This document shows positions 53,117 to 64,000 of a DNA stretch of 64,000 bases, in pieces. The notes under the pieces were generated by a model. That model had not been told where the DNA came from. It was given only the letters and a program-made list of their open reading frames with translations, and did no database searches. Origin of the DNA: Phyllobates terribilis (Eukaryota); contig NW_027362761.1 of NCBI RefSeq assembly GCF_046119375.1, positions 1,155,742,001 through 1,155,806,000 of the forward strand. The letters run 5' to 3'. The position numbers and the translations under genes are program-made. How positions within the stretch are numbered: position 1 is the first letter of the stretch; each line of letters opens with the position of its first letter.

Positions 53117-54079
53117 ATTTGGGTACCGTATGCTTGGTACTGTCCATATATTATTAGTTTAAAATAAAATGTGCATGTTTCACAGAATGAGTGCCGCTAC
53201 ATTCTATTTTAGGTTTATGGATGTTTGTGGCTGTCTATTGGAAGTGGCAGTAACTGCACACTGTAGAATAGGATGTGGTGCAGGAGATGTCTACCCTGTA
53301 ATGGCAGCCCATATCAGCAGCCTATAGTATATCTATAAAACACAGTGGACAGGCAGGAGATGTGTGGCTGGCATGGATGTCAATTGGCAGTGGCAGTGGC
53401 TTAAGCCCTGCTATGTGTAATAAAAATGCTCATCTGCTATGAGCGCCAGCCACTGGGCGGCGCTCATAGCAGATCGGCTATGACAACCGCAGGGGTCTCC
53501 TGTCATGCCAACCCTTCGGCAACCCTAGATCATGTGACAAACGCGCCAATGGGTGGGACTAGTGATGTCCTTCCAGCGAGGCCATGTTAAATGCCACTGT
53601 TGGAGTTTGACATTGGCATCATGCTTCACCCATGGCTGTTAACATGTTAAATGCCGCTGTCAAACTCCAACAGCTGTCATGTGCCGGAAAAGATGAGGGC
53701 ACCAGAGCCCACATCAAAGGAGGGAGATATCCTTGGACGTACCTATACGTCCAAGGTCGTTAATGGGTTAAGTGAATGGAAATTGACACTGATCCATGAC
53801 TGATTCATTTTGACAAATTTAAGGTTTTCCACACTTGCGGATGATAATCTGGTACTTTTGGGTGTGACAAGGCCACCTGCTATGGTGAATACCCTTTCTG
53901 ACAGTACACTGGAAGCTGGACAGGAAGTACATCCATGACAAACTGGGCCAGTTCTTGTCCCTTGACCAATTTGCTGGTCCTGAAGTCCATGGGGTCAGGA
54001 CTCGGGGTACATGCCAGAGAAAGAACATAGTCCAGGTATGACGAAGCCTGGCTGCACGTGTTTGTTTAGTGAAAGATGT

Positions 54080-55450
54080 CAGGTTGGGACAGTGCTAGAT
54101 AACATATCTAGTCTATTATGATATATTTACTGTGATCGCTGCTACTGTCTCAGCTAGCGTGATATAATTATGGCTCCAATTAAGCATTGAATTTCAGCGG
54201 GTTGCAATGCCGCAAAAGAGGCAGTGCTCAGGCAGACTACTGTTATTGCAAAGCCTGTAAGGTGGGCTTTATCACTTAAGAACAGTTGAAATGCCCAGAA
54301 ACTTTTCTAGCCATAGTCATCAATTTCCTTAAGCGGGTATATTTCTTTAAGACATTTTGCACAATTAAATTCAGGATGTGCGATGTGCAGGTAGCATGAG
54401 TTATTTTACCCAGCTGTAAGGCAGCCAAAATATTCCGGGCATTGTCGCTCATGACAGTGCCCAGTTACCATCGATGGGGAGACATCCAACATGAGATTTG
54501 CTGCTCGATACACAGTAACAACTTGTCTGTCTATAACTTTTGTCATACATGCCTACGAGCTGTAAAACTGCTTGGCCGTGCTGTACTTTACATGAGTGAA
54601 AGAATTGAGGGTTGGGGTTAGATGTCATGCTGTACTCTGTTGCTGTTGAAGATGGATTTATGTTTTTTGAGGAAGATTCGGAGAAGGTGTAGAAGGAGGT
54701 AAATAACCGCCACCTAGTGATGAAACCAGATGTAGTGCTCAACTGTGGAGGCTTCACCAGCTGTCCAAATTACGGTGGTGCATCGCTATTACTTAAAACA
54801 TTCACCCAGTGGGTGGTGAAAGACATGTACAATATATGTCCATAGTTGCTGCTCAATTTGTCTAAGATGCAGTGCACATAGATAAGTCTAAGCAGTGGTC
54901 CACATTCTCCTGTCTGTAAAAGCATAGAATGGGCACCGCTTTCTGTGAGAAATAATGGCAGTGGTGTATCGTCCAGCGATTATGAGTGCATGAAAAGAGT
55001 CTTGAAAGGCAGCCAACTCCACTAAATGGTATGGCAGGGACTGGACCAACAGTAACTAGACCAAGTGGGAATTTAGTTGGCAAACGAGTGGAAGACTGGG
55101 AGCATATGCCTAGCTCCTCGACACTCAATCAGGGATGGATATCTGGCAGTGTGACGGAGAAGAAGGAGTAGTAGTTGTCGTATGACAAGCAGTAGATGTG
55201 GATGATATGACAACGTTGATAATGATGACATCGATGATCAAGTACGACTTAAGGATGCGGCCTGGCTAGAAGAAAGACGGGCGTGAAGAGAAGGGTTGAG
55301 AGGACAAATAGAGCCTAGCTCAGATTGCTGGTCAGCTGAAGTTCCTAGTCTACAGGAGCCTGGATGTCCACAGCTTATTTTCCTGCTGCAGAGACTGCAG
55401 ACTGCCAAAGATTCATCTGTCACCAACGTGGAAAAGAATTCCCACACCGA
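54080..55450 (-). pseudogene. Old, heavily decayed hAT transposase of a different subfamily
   Basis: BED-like MWEFFSTLVTDESLAVCSLCSRKISCG; YMSFTTHWVN; SDNARNILAAL...HILNLIVQ; many stops. Confidence 0.75.
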
Positions 55451-57533
55451 AAATGCCCATATGTAGGACTTGCCACCACCACGACCAGACCTTTAGGGCA
55501 CTGTTGAGTCTCTGCCACCAACAACACATGTAGCAACACCTGCTCCCCAGTCCCTAGTTGACCGCAGGAGAAACAGATTTTGGCCACACAATGCCCTTGC
55601 TGTTTATCAGCAAGGCCGACACCTTTTTCTGATTACATCACCTCCCTGACACCCCAATCTGGTCTTGTGCAACACACCATCATCATTATCATCATCCCTG
55701 ACTCAGCTGGCAGTTGCCTCTGTGTGTGAAATGTCCTGAGTTCATTGCCACCTTCCCTCCACCCCTGCTTGATTTCTACCTCTAGATTTGCCCTACTTCA
55801 GAGTGCTACTACCCCTGACAGTGCCCCTACCCCACTGGCCAAACAAAGCCACCAACGCAGCTAAGTGTTTGAATAGTTTCCTTCATGTCTTCAGCCCCAC
55901 ATCATCTGAGTACAAAGGCTGACTGTTCATCTCATACAGTAAATCAACTGTAAGAAGTTGTTGTGAAATGTCTTCTTTAGCCTCCGGGGTGTTATTGATT
56001 ATTCTTATTCTTATTATTATTTTATTTATTTTTAAAGCACCATTGATTCCAGGGTGCTGTACATTTGAAGAGGGTTTACATAAATACATATATAAAATAG
56101 AGTAAACTAACATTGCCGAGATGGTACATAGGGGGAGCGGACGCTGCCCTCACGGGTTTACAATCTAAGGGGTATTGGGGCAGATGGTAGTGAGTTGGCA
56201 GTGAGATTATTTCAGGCTGTAGATGTGACACCCGATAGTCCTCCCTGGGAAATGGGGTTACTCGGAGCCGGGTCAGTGTAGGTGTTACGGGGGATGCAGT
56301 CGTGGCCTAGACCCGTTCCTTGCCCAGGGCAGTCACATAAAAGATAGATGTAATGGGCTTTCAATTAAGAGTGGTATTTTTCGACTACGCCACCTGCGGT
56401 TTCCGGTGATGGGCACCGGCGCTGCTTCAGTCCTCTGAGGCCGGTGTTACGGGCAGCTAAGATGGGACGGCTCCCCACAGGCGGAGCAGGCCTCAGGGCA
56501 GTGTGAGAAGTGATGGTGGGTGCAGTGCCGCGCAGGAAATAATGAGCTGAGACGGTGTATGAAGTCATCCGGGTCTTTACTCTACTCACTTGGGATGATC
56601 TTTCAGCCACAAAGCTTCTCTCTGCTACTCGCGGTGTACTGCGGCCACCGGGAAGGGGGTTCAGCACTTTTCAGGTAGATCAGGAGCACCTGTCGAGACC
56701 CCGCTGGTGTGTGTTCCTCTCCTTGGTAGGTTGTTCTCCCACTAAGTCTTCTCCTGACTGTGTGTGGTACGAACGTGGTGTAAGGCCGGGTCCCACTGGA
56801 TAAACGCAGTGTAAGAGATACAGGTGGCGTAGGCCACTCCGTCCGTATCCCCTTGGGATCCACTAAGCCTCCGGGCTTTTCCGACTGAGACGTGAAGTGA
56901 CAAAGTCAGATATCGGGGGCTGTTCACCCCTCTTGCAGCAGGAATCCCTCTGACTAGGCCAGAGTAAAGAATACAGGTGGCGTAGGCCGCTCCGTCCGTT
57001 TCTCCCTGGGATCCTTTTGCCTGTGGAGCCTATCTCCTCTGCTCCCCTCCAGGCCTTCTTAGGTAAGGACCTTGACCGGGTAGAGACAGTGGTTAACTCT
57101 GACCCACTCCCCGTCTCAAGACCAGAGAACGAGGACCGTGTATCTCCAGTCGGCTGCGGCCTTATGCTGGACTCTGGCGGGTGACTACAATCAGAGACGA
57201 AGACCACAATCACAGACGAAGATCACAATCAAAGACCTTGAACCTAAGATGGCCGTAGATTAAATATGAAACAATATGTGTTTCCTAAAAGTGTGTCCAC
57301 CACCCTCACCCACTACATGGTTCCCCCTATCTTTTGGTTCCCCCCATCCCCTCTATCCCAGGCCGGGGCAGCACCCTGGTGCATTTAGGCCCCCTACAGG
57401 ACAGGAGTGGTGTAGTGTTGAGTGGTGAAGTGGTGTCCTGAGAGATGCTCCATCCTTACCTGGAAGAGGAGATACCACACCTCAAACTGAGGTGCAGTAC
57501 CCCTGTGTAGACTGAACCCTCAGGGGCGCCACA

Positions 57534-57542
57534 TTCCCCCCC
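57534..57542 (-). promoter_or_regulatory. Polypurine tract
   Basis: GGGGGGGAA on element strand abutting the 3' LTR. Confidence 0.85.
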
Positions 57543-57671
57543 GGTGAAACACAGCACGTCCGCGGGCTGCAACAGAGTAAAGAGTTGGTACAGACATTCA
57601 ATTTTTAAAAGTTTTTGTAAACATGAAAAATTCTTCCCTTTATGGGAGGTTAGGACACTTTTAACGTTGCA

Positions 57672-57709
<38 letters not shown>

Positions 57710-58104
57710 AATATAGAAAACATCAAAGAGACATTATGCATGTATGGAAGACATTATGCATATATGGAAGACATTCAGGAGACATTATGCAAGCAGACAG
57801 TTCTGTAGAAAATACGGTAGAAAGTGTCAGTTCCCTCAACGTAGGCCCTGGGGTGGCTGCAGGGCCTGAAGATCCCGAGTTGGACCTCCAGTAGAGCCAC
57901 TCCAGACCGGTTTTGCTTCTGAGGTCTGAGGTAGAAGTGGTTTTGCATAAAACCAATAGGGAGCACCTAAATAGATGCAAAACTATATACAAGAATGAGT
58001 CTGTCTTCTGCCAGTGTCCGCAGGGACAAATGTCTCTCTTAACAGAAATCCGGGAAAAACAAGGAACAGTTTAAATGAAGGGGAGATTCATCTCCCGGGG
58101 TTGC

Positions 58105-59457
58105 TTAAAAGTGGTATCCCCACCGGGAAAATGGCTCATCTTTCCCGACGGAGCCTGACCGGTCCTCTGTGGGCAGGTGAGTGGGGGCATCCTCCTTAAA
58201 TACCCTGTGGACGTCCAGGGCATACCACCCATGCTCCCCATGGTGGCGGGTGTAGAACACCAAATCGCCCGGGTAGAGGTTCCGGCCAGGGTGGCCCAGC
58301 TCCAGCCGCTGCTCCACGTCCCGCCGGTTCACAAACACGTCCCGGTCGAACTGTGGGCTGCGGATGAAGCCCCATCCTGCCACCTGGTGGAAGCACACAA
58401 TGGCGCCTTCTTCCCGGGGGCTTGGACGAGTGGCCTCCGCCTGACGGGCCTGCGCTTTTGCAGCCTTGGCGCGCACCTCCAGGCGCTCGCAGCGGACCCG
58501 CTTCTCCCGTCGCTCCTTTTCAAACTGGAGGAGTTCCTTTCGGCACGTCTCCTCCCGCCTCCGCGTTTCGGCTTTGGTTTCCCGGGGGAAGCCCATCAGG
58601 TCGCCCCCCCGGTTATCCCAGGCAAACTCCTCTGCCGCCGGGCAAGCGACTGATGGCGCGGGCAGCAGCAGTAACGGGGGTTGCTGCGTGTGCTCTGTGG
58701 ATGTGGCCCAGTCCGGGTTGGGGCAGGTGGACACCCAGGTCAATGCAGGCACTTCCGGTTCGGGGGTCGAGAGGCATAACAGGTCCCCGACTGTGGCGGT
58801 GGCTTGGGCCTCGGCCTCTGGAGCCAGGAGCTGTTCCCACACAACGGCGCCCGGGGATAGGGGTGCCGGCAGGAGGCTTAGGAGGGCTTCGGTGCGTTCC
58901 GCGCCCAGGATAGGGGTTTTTGCCTTACCCGCACTTGGGCTGCACGGGGCCTCCTGGGCTTCCTCCGCCTGGGCTGGAGCCTCACTTGTTAGGTGCGACA
59001 AGCTCTGGCGGCGGTCCCGGATCCTTCGCAACACATCCTCCCTCCACTCTGCGGTGGCCAGTCGCTGGGCCTCTGCGACCTTCCGGGTCAGGTCCTGCGA
59101 TTCACCACGGAGGAACTCGGCCTCCTCCGCGGTCAGGTGGATTCCTTCCATACCGAGGGAAATAGCAGCAGGTGGGCCAGCGACGGGGGACTTCTCCTTT
59201 GCTTCTTCCATCTTGGCTGCTGGGTGCGGTCTCTTTCTCCTCCTTCTTTTGGGGCGGCTCCAGGGCGGCTGGCTGACGGGCACTCCTTGGGACGCCCCAT
59301 CCGTCTTGACGGACACTACTATGCGGACTGTCTCTGATGGAGGGGGCGGTCTGCTCTTTTGGCGCCATTGTGGAGCCAGGCCCACGATGGGAGGACTTTG
59401 GTTGCTGTTGCTTTTGCACATAATGGCGTCCGTTCTTTTTGGGCTGCGCCACTTCAA
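58105..59457 (-). CDS. Coiled-coil plus cold-shock domain (OB-fold) protein, up to 450 aa; start codon uncertain (first ATG ~59421, or GCCAAGATGG at MEEAKEK)
   Basis: ~58201-58415: EGAIVCFHQVAGWGFIRSPQFDRDVFVNRRDV...LYPGDLVFY...GEHGWYALDVHR has RNP1-like GWGFI and RNP2-like DVFV motifs at CSD spacing; two charged helical stretches upstream. Confidence 0.8.
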   Translation of the reverse strand: MKWRSPKRTDAIMCKSNSNQSPPIVGLAPQWRQKSRPPPPSETVRIVVSVKTDGASQGVPVSQPPWSRPKRRRRKRPHPAAKMEEAKEKSPVAGPPAAISLGMEGIHLTAEEAEFLRGESQDLTRKVAEAQRLATAEWREDVLRRIRDRRQSLSHLTSEAPAQAEEAQEAPCSPSAGKAKTPILGAERTEALLSLLPAPLSPGAVVWEQLLAPEAEAQATATVGDLLCLSTPEPEVPALTWVSTCPNPDWATSTEHTQQPPLLLLPAPSVACPAAEEFAWDNRGGDLMGFPRETKAETRRREETCRKELLQFEKERREKRVRCERLEVRAKAAKAQARQAEATRPSPREEGAIVCFHQVAGWGFIRSPQFDRDVFVNRRDVEQRLELGHPGRNLYPGDLVFYTRHHGEHGWYALDVHRVFKEDAPTHLPTEDRSGSVGKDEPFSRWGYHF

Positions 59458-59542
59458 GTGTGAAATGACAGTCTTTTTGTGTAAAGGCGCACAGTACCCG
59501 TCGGCAATGGGGGTTATTCTTTTCCGTTGCTGCGGGCACGCG

Positions 59543-59560
59543 ATCCTGCCGACTACGCCA
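59543..59560 (-). promoter_or_regulatory. PBS complementary to tRNA-Ser(AGA/TGA) 3' end
   Basis: Plus strand ATCCTGCCGACTACGCCA, 18 nt, 4 nt from the LTR end. Confidence 0.88.
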
Positions 59561-62500
59561 AGTTTGTGACACCCGATAGCCCTCCCTTGGAAATGGGGTT
59601 ACTCGGAGCCGGGTCAGTGTAGGTGTTACGGGGGATGCAGTCGTGGCCTAGACCCGTTCCGTGCCCAGGGCAGTCACATAAAAGATAGATGTAATGGGCT
59701 TTCAATTAAGAGTGGTATTTTTCGACTACGCCACCTGCGGTTTCCGGTGATGGGCACCGGCGCTGCTTCAGTCCTCTGAGGCCGGTGTTATGGTCAGCTA
59801 AGATGGGACGGCTCCCCACAGGCGGAGCAGGCCTCAGGGCAGTGTGAGAAGTGATGGTGGGTGCAGTGCCGCGCAGGAAATAATGAGCTGAGACGGTGTA
59901 TGAAGTCATCCGGGTCTTTACTCACTTGGGATGATCTTTCAGCCGCAATGCTTCTCTCTGCTACTCGCGGTGTACTGCGGCCACCGAGAAGGGGGTTCAG
60001 CACTTTCCAGGTAGATCAGTAGCACCTGTCGAGACCCCGCTGGTGTGTGTTCCTCTCCTTGGTAGGTTGTTCTCCCACTAAGTCTTCTCCTGACTGTGCG
60101 TGGTACGAACGTGGTGTAAGGCCGGGTCCCACTGGATAAACGCAGTGTAAGAGATACAGGTGGCGTAGGCCGCTCCATCCGTATCCCCTTGGGATCCACT
60201 AAGCCTCCGGGCTTTTCCGACTGAGACGTGAAGTGACAAAGTCAGATATCGGGGGCCGGTCACCCCTCTTGCAGCAGGAATCCCTCTGACTAGGCCAGAG
60301 TAAAGAATACAGGTGGCGTAGGCCGCTCCGTCCGTATCCCCCTGGGATCCTTTTGCCTGTGGAGCCTATCTCCTCTGCTCCCCTCCAGGCCTTCTTAGGT
60401 AAGGACCTTGACCGGGTAGAGACAGTGGTTAACTCTGACCCACTCCCCGTCTCAAGACCAGAGAACGAGGACCGTGTATCTCCAGTCGGCTGCGGCCTTA
60501 TGCTGGACTCTGGCGGGTGACTACAATCAGAGACGAAGACCACAATCACAGACGAAGATCACAATCAAAGACCTTGAACCTAAGATGGCCGTAGATTAAA
60601 TATGAAACAATATGTGTTTCCTAAAAGTGTGTCCACCACCCTCACCCACTACATGGTTCCCCCTATCTTTTGGTTCCCCCCATCCCCTCTATCCCAGGCC
60701 GGGGCAGCACCCTGGTGCATTTAGGCCCCCTACAGGACAGGAGTGGTGTAGTGTTGAGTGGTGAAGTGGTGTCCTGAGGGATGCTCCATCCTTACCTGGA
60801 AGAGGAGATACCACACCTCAAACTGAGGTGCAGTACCCCTGTGGTGACTGAACCCTCAGGGGCGCCACATAGACTTTACTGAAGAGATGTGTTTTCACTT
60901 TGCATCTGAAGATTTAATTGTGGAAGACAATTGGATGTGCTGAGGCACTGAATTTCAAAGGATGAGGAATGCTCGGGAAAAATCTTGGAGGCGATCGGAA
61001 GAGGAACGTACGAGGTAAGAGAGAAGGAAATTTTGTGAGGACTAGAAATTACATGGTGGAAGGTATTGGGAGATTTGTGGAGGAGACAGATTATGGATAG
61101 CCTTGTAAATCATTGTTAGAAGCTTAAACAGAATTTGTTGGAAAATTGGAAGCCAGAAAAGAGATGGGCAGAACTGGAGGAATAGAGAGGAGAGAGGTGG
61201 ATTAGTCGGGCACCAAAGTTAAGGATGGACTGGAGAGGTACGAGAGTTAGTTGGGAGGCCACAGAGGAGGATATTGCAGTAGTTGTGGTGAGAGATAATG
61301 AGCGCGGCACTAATATTTTAGTAGATTTAGGGTTGAGGAAAGGATGAATTCTGGAATTTTTTTTGAGTTGGAGGCAGCATGAGGTGTTAAGGACTTGTAG
61401 TTTGAAGGACAGGGCAGAGTCAAGAATTACTCTGAAGTGATGGACTTGTAAAATAGTGTAAAGTGTGATGTCATTTCCTGTGATAGATAGATCAGTTAGG
61501 GGGTTTGAGTGAGATGGAGGAAGGATGATGAGTTTAGTTTTGTTCACTGAGTTTTAGAAAGCGTGATGAAAAGGAGGATATGGCTGATAGACACTCTGGG
61601 ATTTTGGACAGCAGAGAGGTGACATCTGAGTCAAAGAGGTAGATCTGAGTGTCATCAGCATATAGATGGTACTCGAAGCAATGGGACTATCCCAGACCAA
61701 AGGTATAACTTGAGAAGTGTAGGGGTCCCAGGATAGAGCCTTGAGAGGCACCAACAGAGCGGGATGAGGAGGTAGTATGGGAATGGGAGATGCTAAGTGT
61801 GCGGTTAGTGAGGTATGAGGAGATCCAGGAGAGGTCAAGATCTTTGAAGGGAAGACAGGATCTGTAGCAGGAGGGAATGGGGAAATGTGGGAAAAACAGA
61901 TAACACATCTAGGTGAAGGAGTACAGAGTATTGTCTGTTAGGTTTGGTAGTTAAAAAGGCATTTGAAACTTTGGTTAAGGCAGTTTCAGTGAAGTGGTAG
62001 GGATGGAAGCCGGGTTATAGGTAGTTGAAGAGTGTGTTGGATGAGAGGTGGGAGGAAAGTTCAATGTGAACATGTTCAAAGAATTTTGGGGTGTAAGGGA
62101 GTGGGAATATGGGGCGATGGCTGAACATAGGGATTGGGTCAAGGGATGGCTTTTTCAGGCTTTTTTTACACAAGAGGTTAATGATGAGTTGAAGAGATGG
62201 GTAATGGCTAGGATAAGCAGGATGGTGAGGTTGGGGAGGAGGTGGGAAGGGATAGAGTCAAGCGCACAAGTGGTGAGGTGTGATTTGCAGTGAAAAATAG
62301 AAAACTTTTCTTCACTAATGGTGGGAAAGAAGGTTATGGGAGAAGGACAAAGGTCTGTTATGCAGAGGGGTTGTGGTGGTTGAACATTAAAACTTTTTCT
62401 AATGTGTTCGATCTTGTTTTTGATATGTGCGTCAAGGTCTTCTGCTGAAATAAGGGGAGGGGGACGGTGGACGGAGGAGAGAATTAAAAGTGTTGAATAA

Positions 62501-63102
62501 CTGACTTGAGCTTGAGAATTTCTTGCTTGAATGTGATTGATGGAATTCAAAGTCTGCAATTTAGAAGATTAACTGTTGTGGCGGAGGAAGAAGTGGACTA
62601 TGAGAGGTAACATATCTTATATTACTCTCTCTGCTTCTTCCCCACTGTTATGCTTGCCGGAGGCAAAGAAGGCCAATTGTGACCTGCGTTTGGTAGGAGT
62701 ACTGTCTGAACAGCTGGTACCAGAGGCGGTGGTAGTGCTGCTAGCAGCTCCCACATTTTTAGACGTGGTATGAGGGTTTTTTCTTCCACACTATCTCATC
62801 CATTGCTATTGTTATTTTTTCTTTTACTGTACATTTTTTTTACAGAAGTAGAATTAAAATTTCCAAAAACATTATTCAACCCTTGACATACAGGACTGCA
62901 TAAGAAATGATAGGTAGTAGGTAAATACACTTGACGACCAGAAAGCCCAATGCAGCAACAGCTAGTAGCATTGGATTGCATGTACGGGTCTCAAATTTGC
63001 CTACTTTAATGGAACCTCTCCCATCGGATAAAGCTATTAACTTGCAAATATAGGACTAATATGCAGGTTAATACCATTAGAAAGGTGTTTGGCCAATGTA
63101 TT

Positions 63103-64000
63103 TGTGGCGCCCTGCTGCTCATGGGTGCCACAGAACCCAGTAGGGTGCATGGATGGATTTCTCCACAAGAGGCCCTCACACATTCACACACCTCCACCCT
63201 ACCACCTCAGACCACCAGAGGGAGCCCCTGTTAGGGATATAAATACTGGAGGGTAGAATTAGGTAGTCAGAGTGTGCTGACGCTAAGAAATCAGTGAAGA
63301 AGCAGCACGCAGGCTGCTGTGCTTAGACGAGCCAAGGCCTACAGCACGAGTTGAAGCCTAGTGAGGGCCCTGAGTGTGGCCGAAGGCTAGAGGGGAGAGG
63401 AAGCAACGAGGGGGCAGAGGAGCGTACCAGGCGCACCCCGAACTATACACCGGACACCGGGTCCGTGCCTACGGGGCCCCTTTATACCCAGTAGTGACCA
63501 CCGGATACCTGGAGGACTACAAGTCCCAGGTTGACCAACATTGACTACCGTACCAGGGCTAGGAGTCACGGAGGCCCCAGCGACCAGGGAGAGTGATCTC
63601 CAAGAGAAGGCCCTACCACCGGGTCAGCAGGTGCAAGAGAGAGAGACAGTAATAAAGCCAGGCCTAGCTCCAGGTAGGTCAGAAGCTTAGCAAGTGAAAG
63701 CAAGGGATCAGGAGGCCCTATACCCGCTAACTGGGGAGAGTCCAGAAGTGCACCCTGCGTACCGAGTACCCTGGACTATACCTGCATCTACACCAGTAAA
63801 GGTACCGAAGCGAACCCCCGTGTGAGTGTCTGTCATTTCTCCCTGAACCGTCCTGGCCGTCTCTCACCTGTTCCACCATCCATTCTACCACGCTGCCCTG
63901 AGGCCCGCTCCACCTGTGGGGAGCCGTTCCATCATAAGGTGCCCTAACATCTGCCTCAGAGGACTGTCGTAGCGCTGGTAATCCTTACCAGGCACCGCAG
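63103..64000 (+). mobile_element. LTR of the same Gypsy lineage, runs off window end
   Basis: TGTGGCGCCC start; TATAAA ~63238; CAGTAAAG ~63794; GCTGCCCTGAGGCCCGCTCCACCTGTGGGGAGC block shared with other LTRs. Confidence 0.8.

Larger units (their letters stand above)
56224..60869 (-). mobile_element. Complete non-autonomous Gypsy-lineage LTR element (4,646 bp) carrying a cold-shock-domain ORF
   Basis: LTRs 59565-60869 (1305 bp) and 56224-57533 (1310 bp), about 20 substitutions plus one 5-bp indel by eye; TG...CA ends; TSD TAGA (56220-56223 / 60870-60873); PBS; PPT; no RT, RNase H or IN. Confidence 0.95.
55995..62560 (-). mobile_element. L2/CR1-type LINE 3' part (55995-56223 and 60874-62560), split by the CSD LTR element
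   Basis: GASQGSILGPLHF, YADDTQIYL, NKTKLIILPP fragments with frameshifts; (TAA)n-like tail near 55995-56030. Confidence 0.85.

Noticed and set aside
58466-59569. 367-aa plus-strand ORF and other overlapping ORFs
   Set aside because: Antisense mirror of the GC-rich CSD frame; no recognisable motifs.
62830-62930. Acceptor- and donor-like signals near the window end
   Set aside because: All three frames contain stops.

Overview
Eukaryotic, almost entirely repeat-derived window with no confidently identifiable host gene. The repeat families (V-SINE, Kolobok/Harbinger-type MITEs, Tc1, L2, Penelope, Gypsy) suggest a frog genome (inference). Main content: (i) a nested stack of Ty3/Gypsy LTR elements at 1-3680; (ii) two copies of a ~10.7 kb composite hAT transposon (3681-13981 and 22176-32849), each carrying a ZBED-like transposase, 110-bp tandem arrays, a Tc1 remnant, an L1 RT fragment with a solo LTR and an 18S rRNA fragment; (iii) a gag-pol-deleted Gypsy element (18456-33218) that hosts the second hAT; (iv) many solo LTRs, Tc1 relics, SINEs, MITEs and minisatellites (33-56 kb); (v) a complete 4.6 kb LTR element (56224-60869; 4-bp TSD, tRNA-Ser PBS, PPT) whose only long sense ORF encodes a coiled-coil plus cold-shock-domain (CSD) protein instead of gag-pol. 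The deleted element at 18-33 kb keeps a gag N-terminus fused to the last strand of a related CSD, suggesting a Gypsy lineage with a CSD accessory gene. LTRs of this lineage also carry a second, internal PBS-like motif that matches each element's own tRNA-Ser primer type. All calls are by eye; no searches were run, so novelty is unverified.
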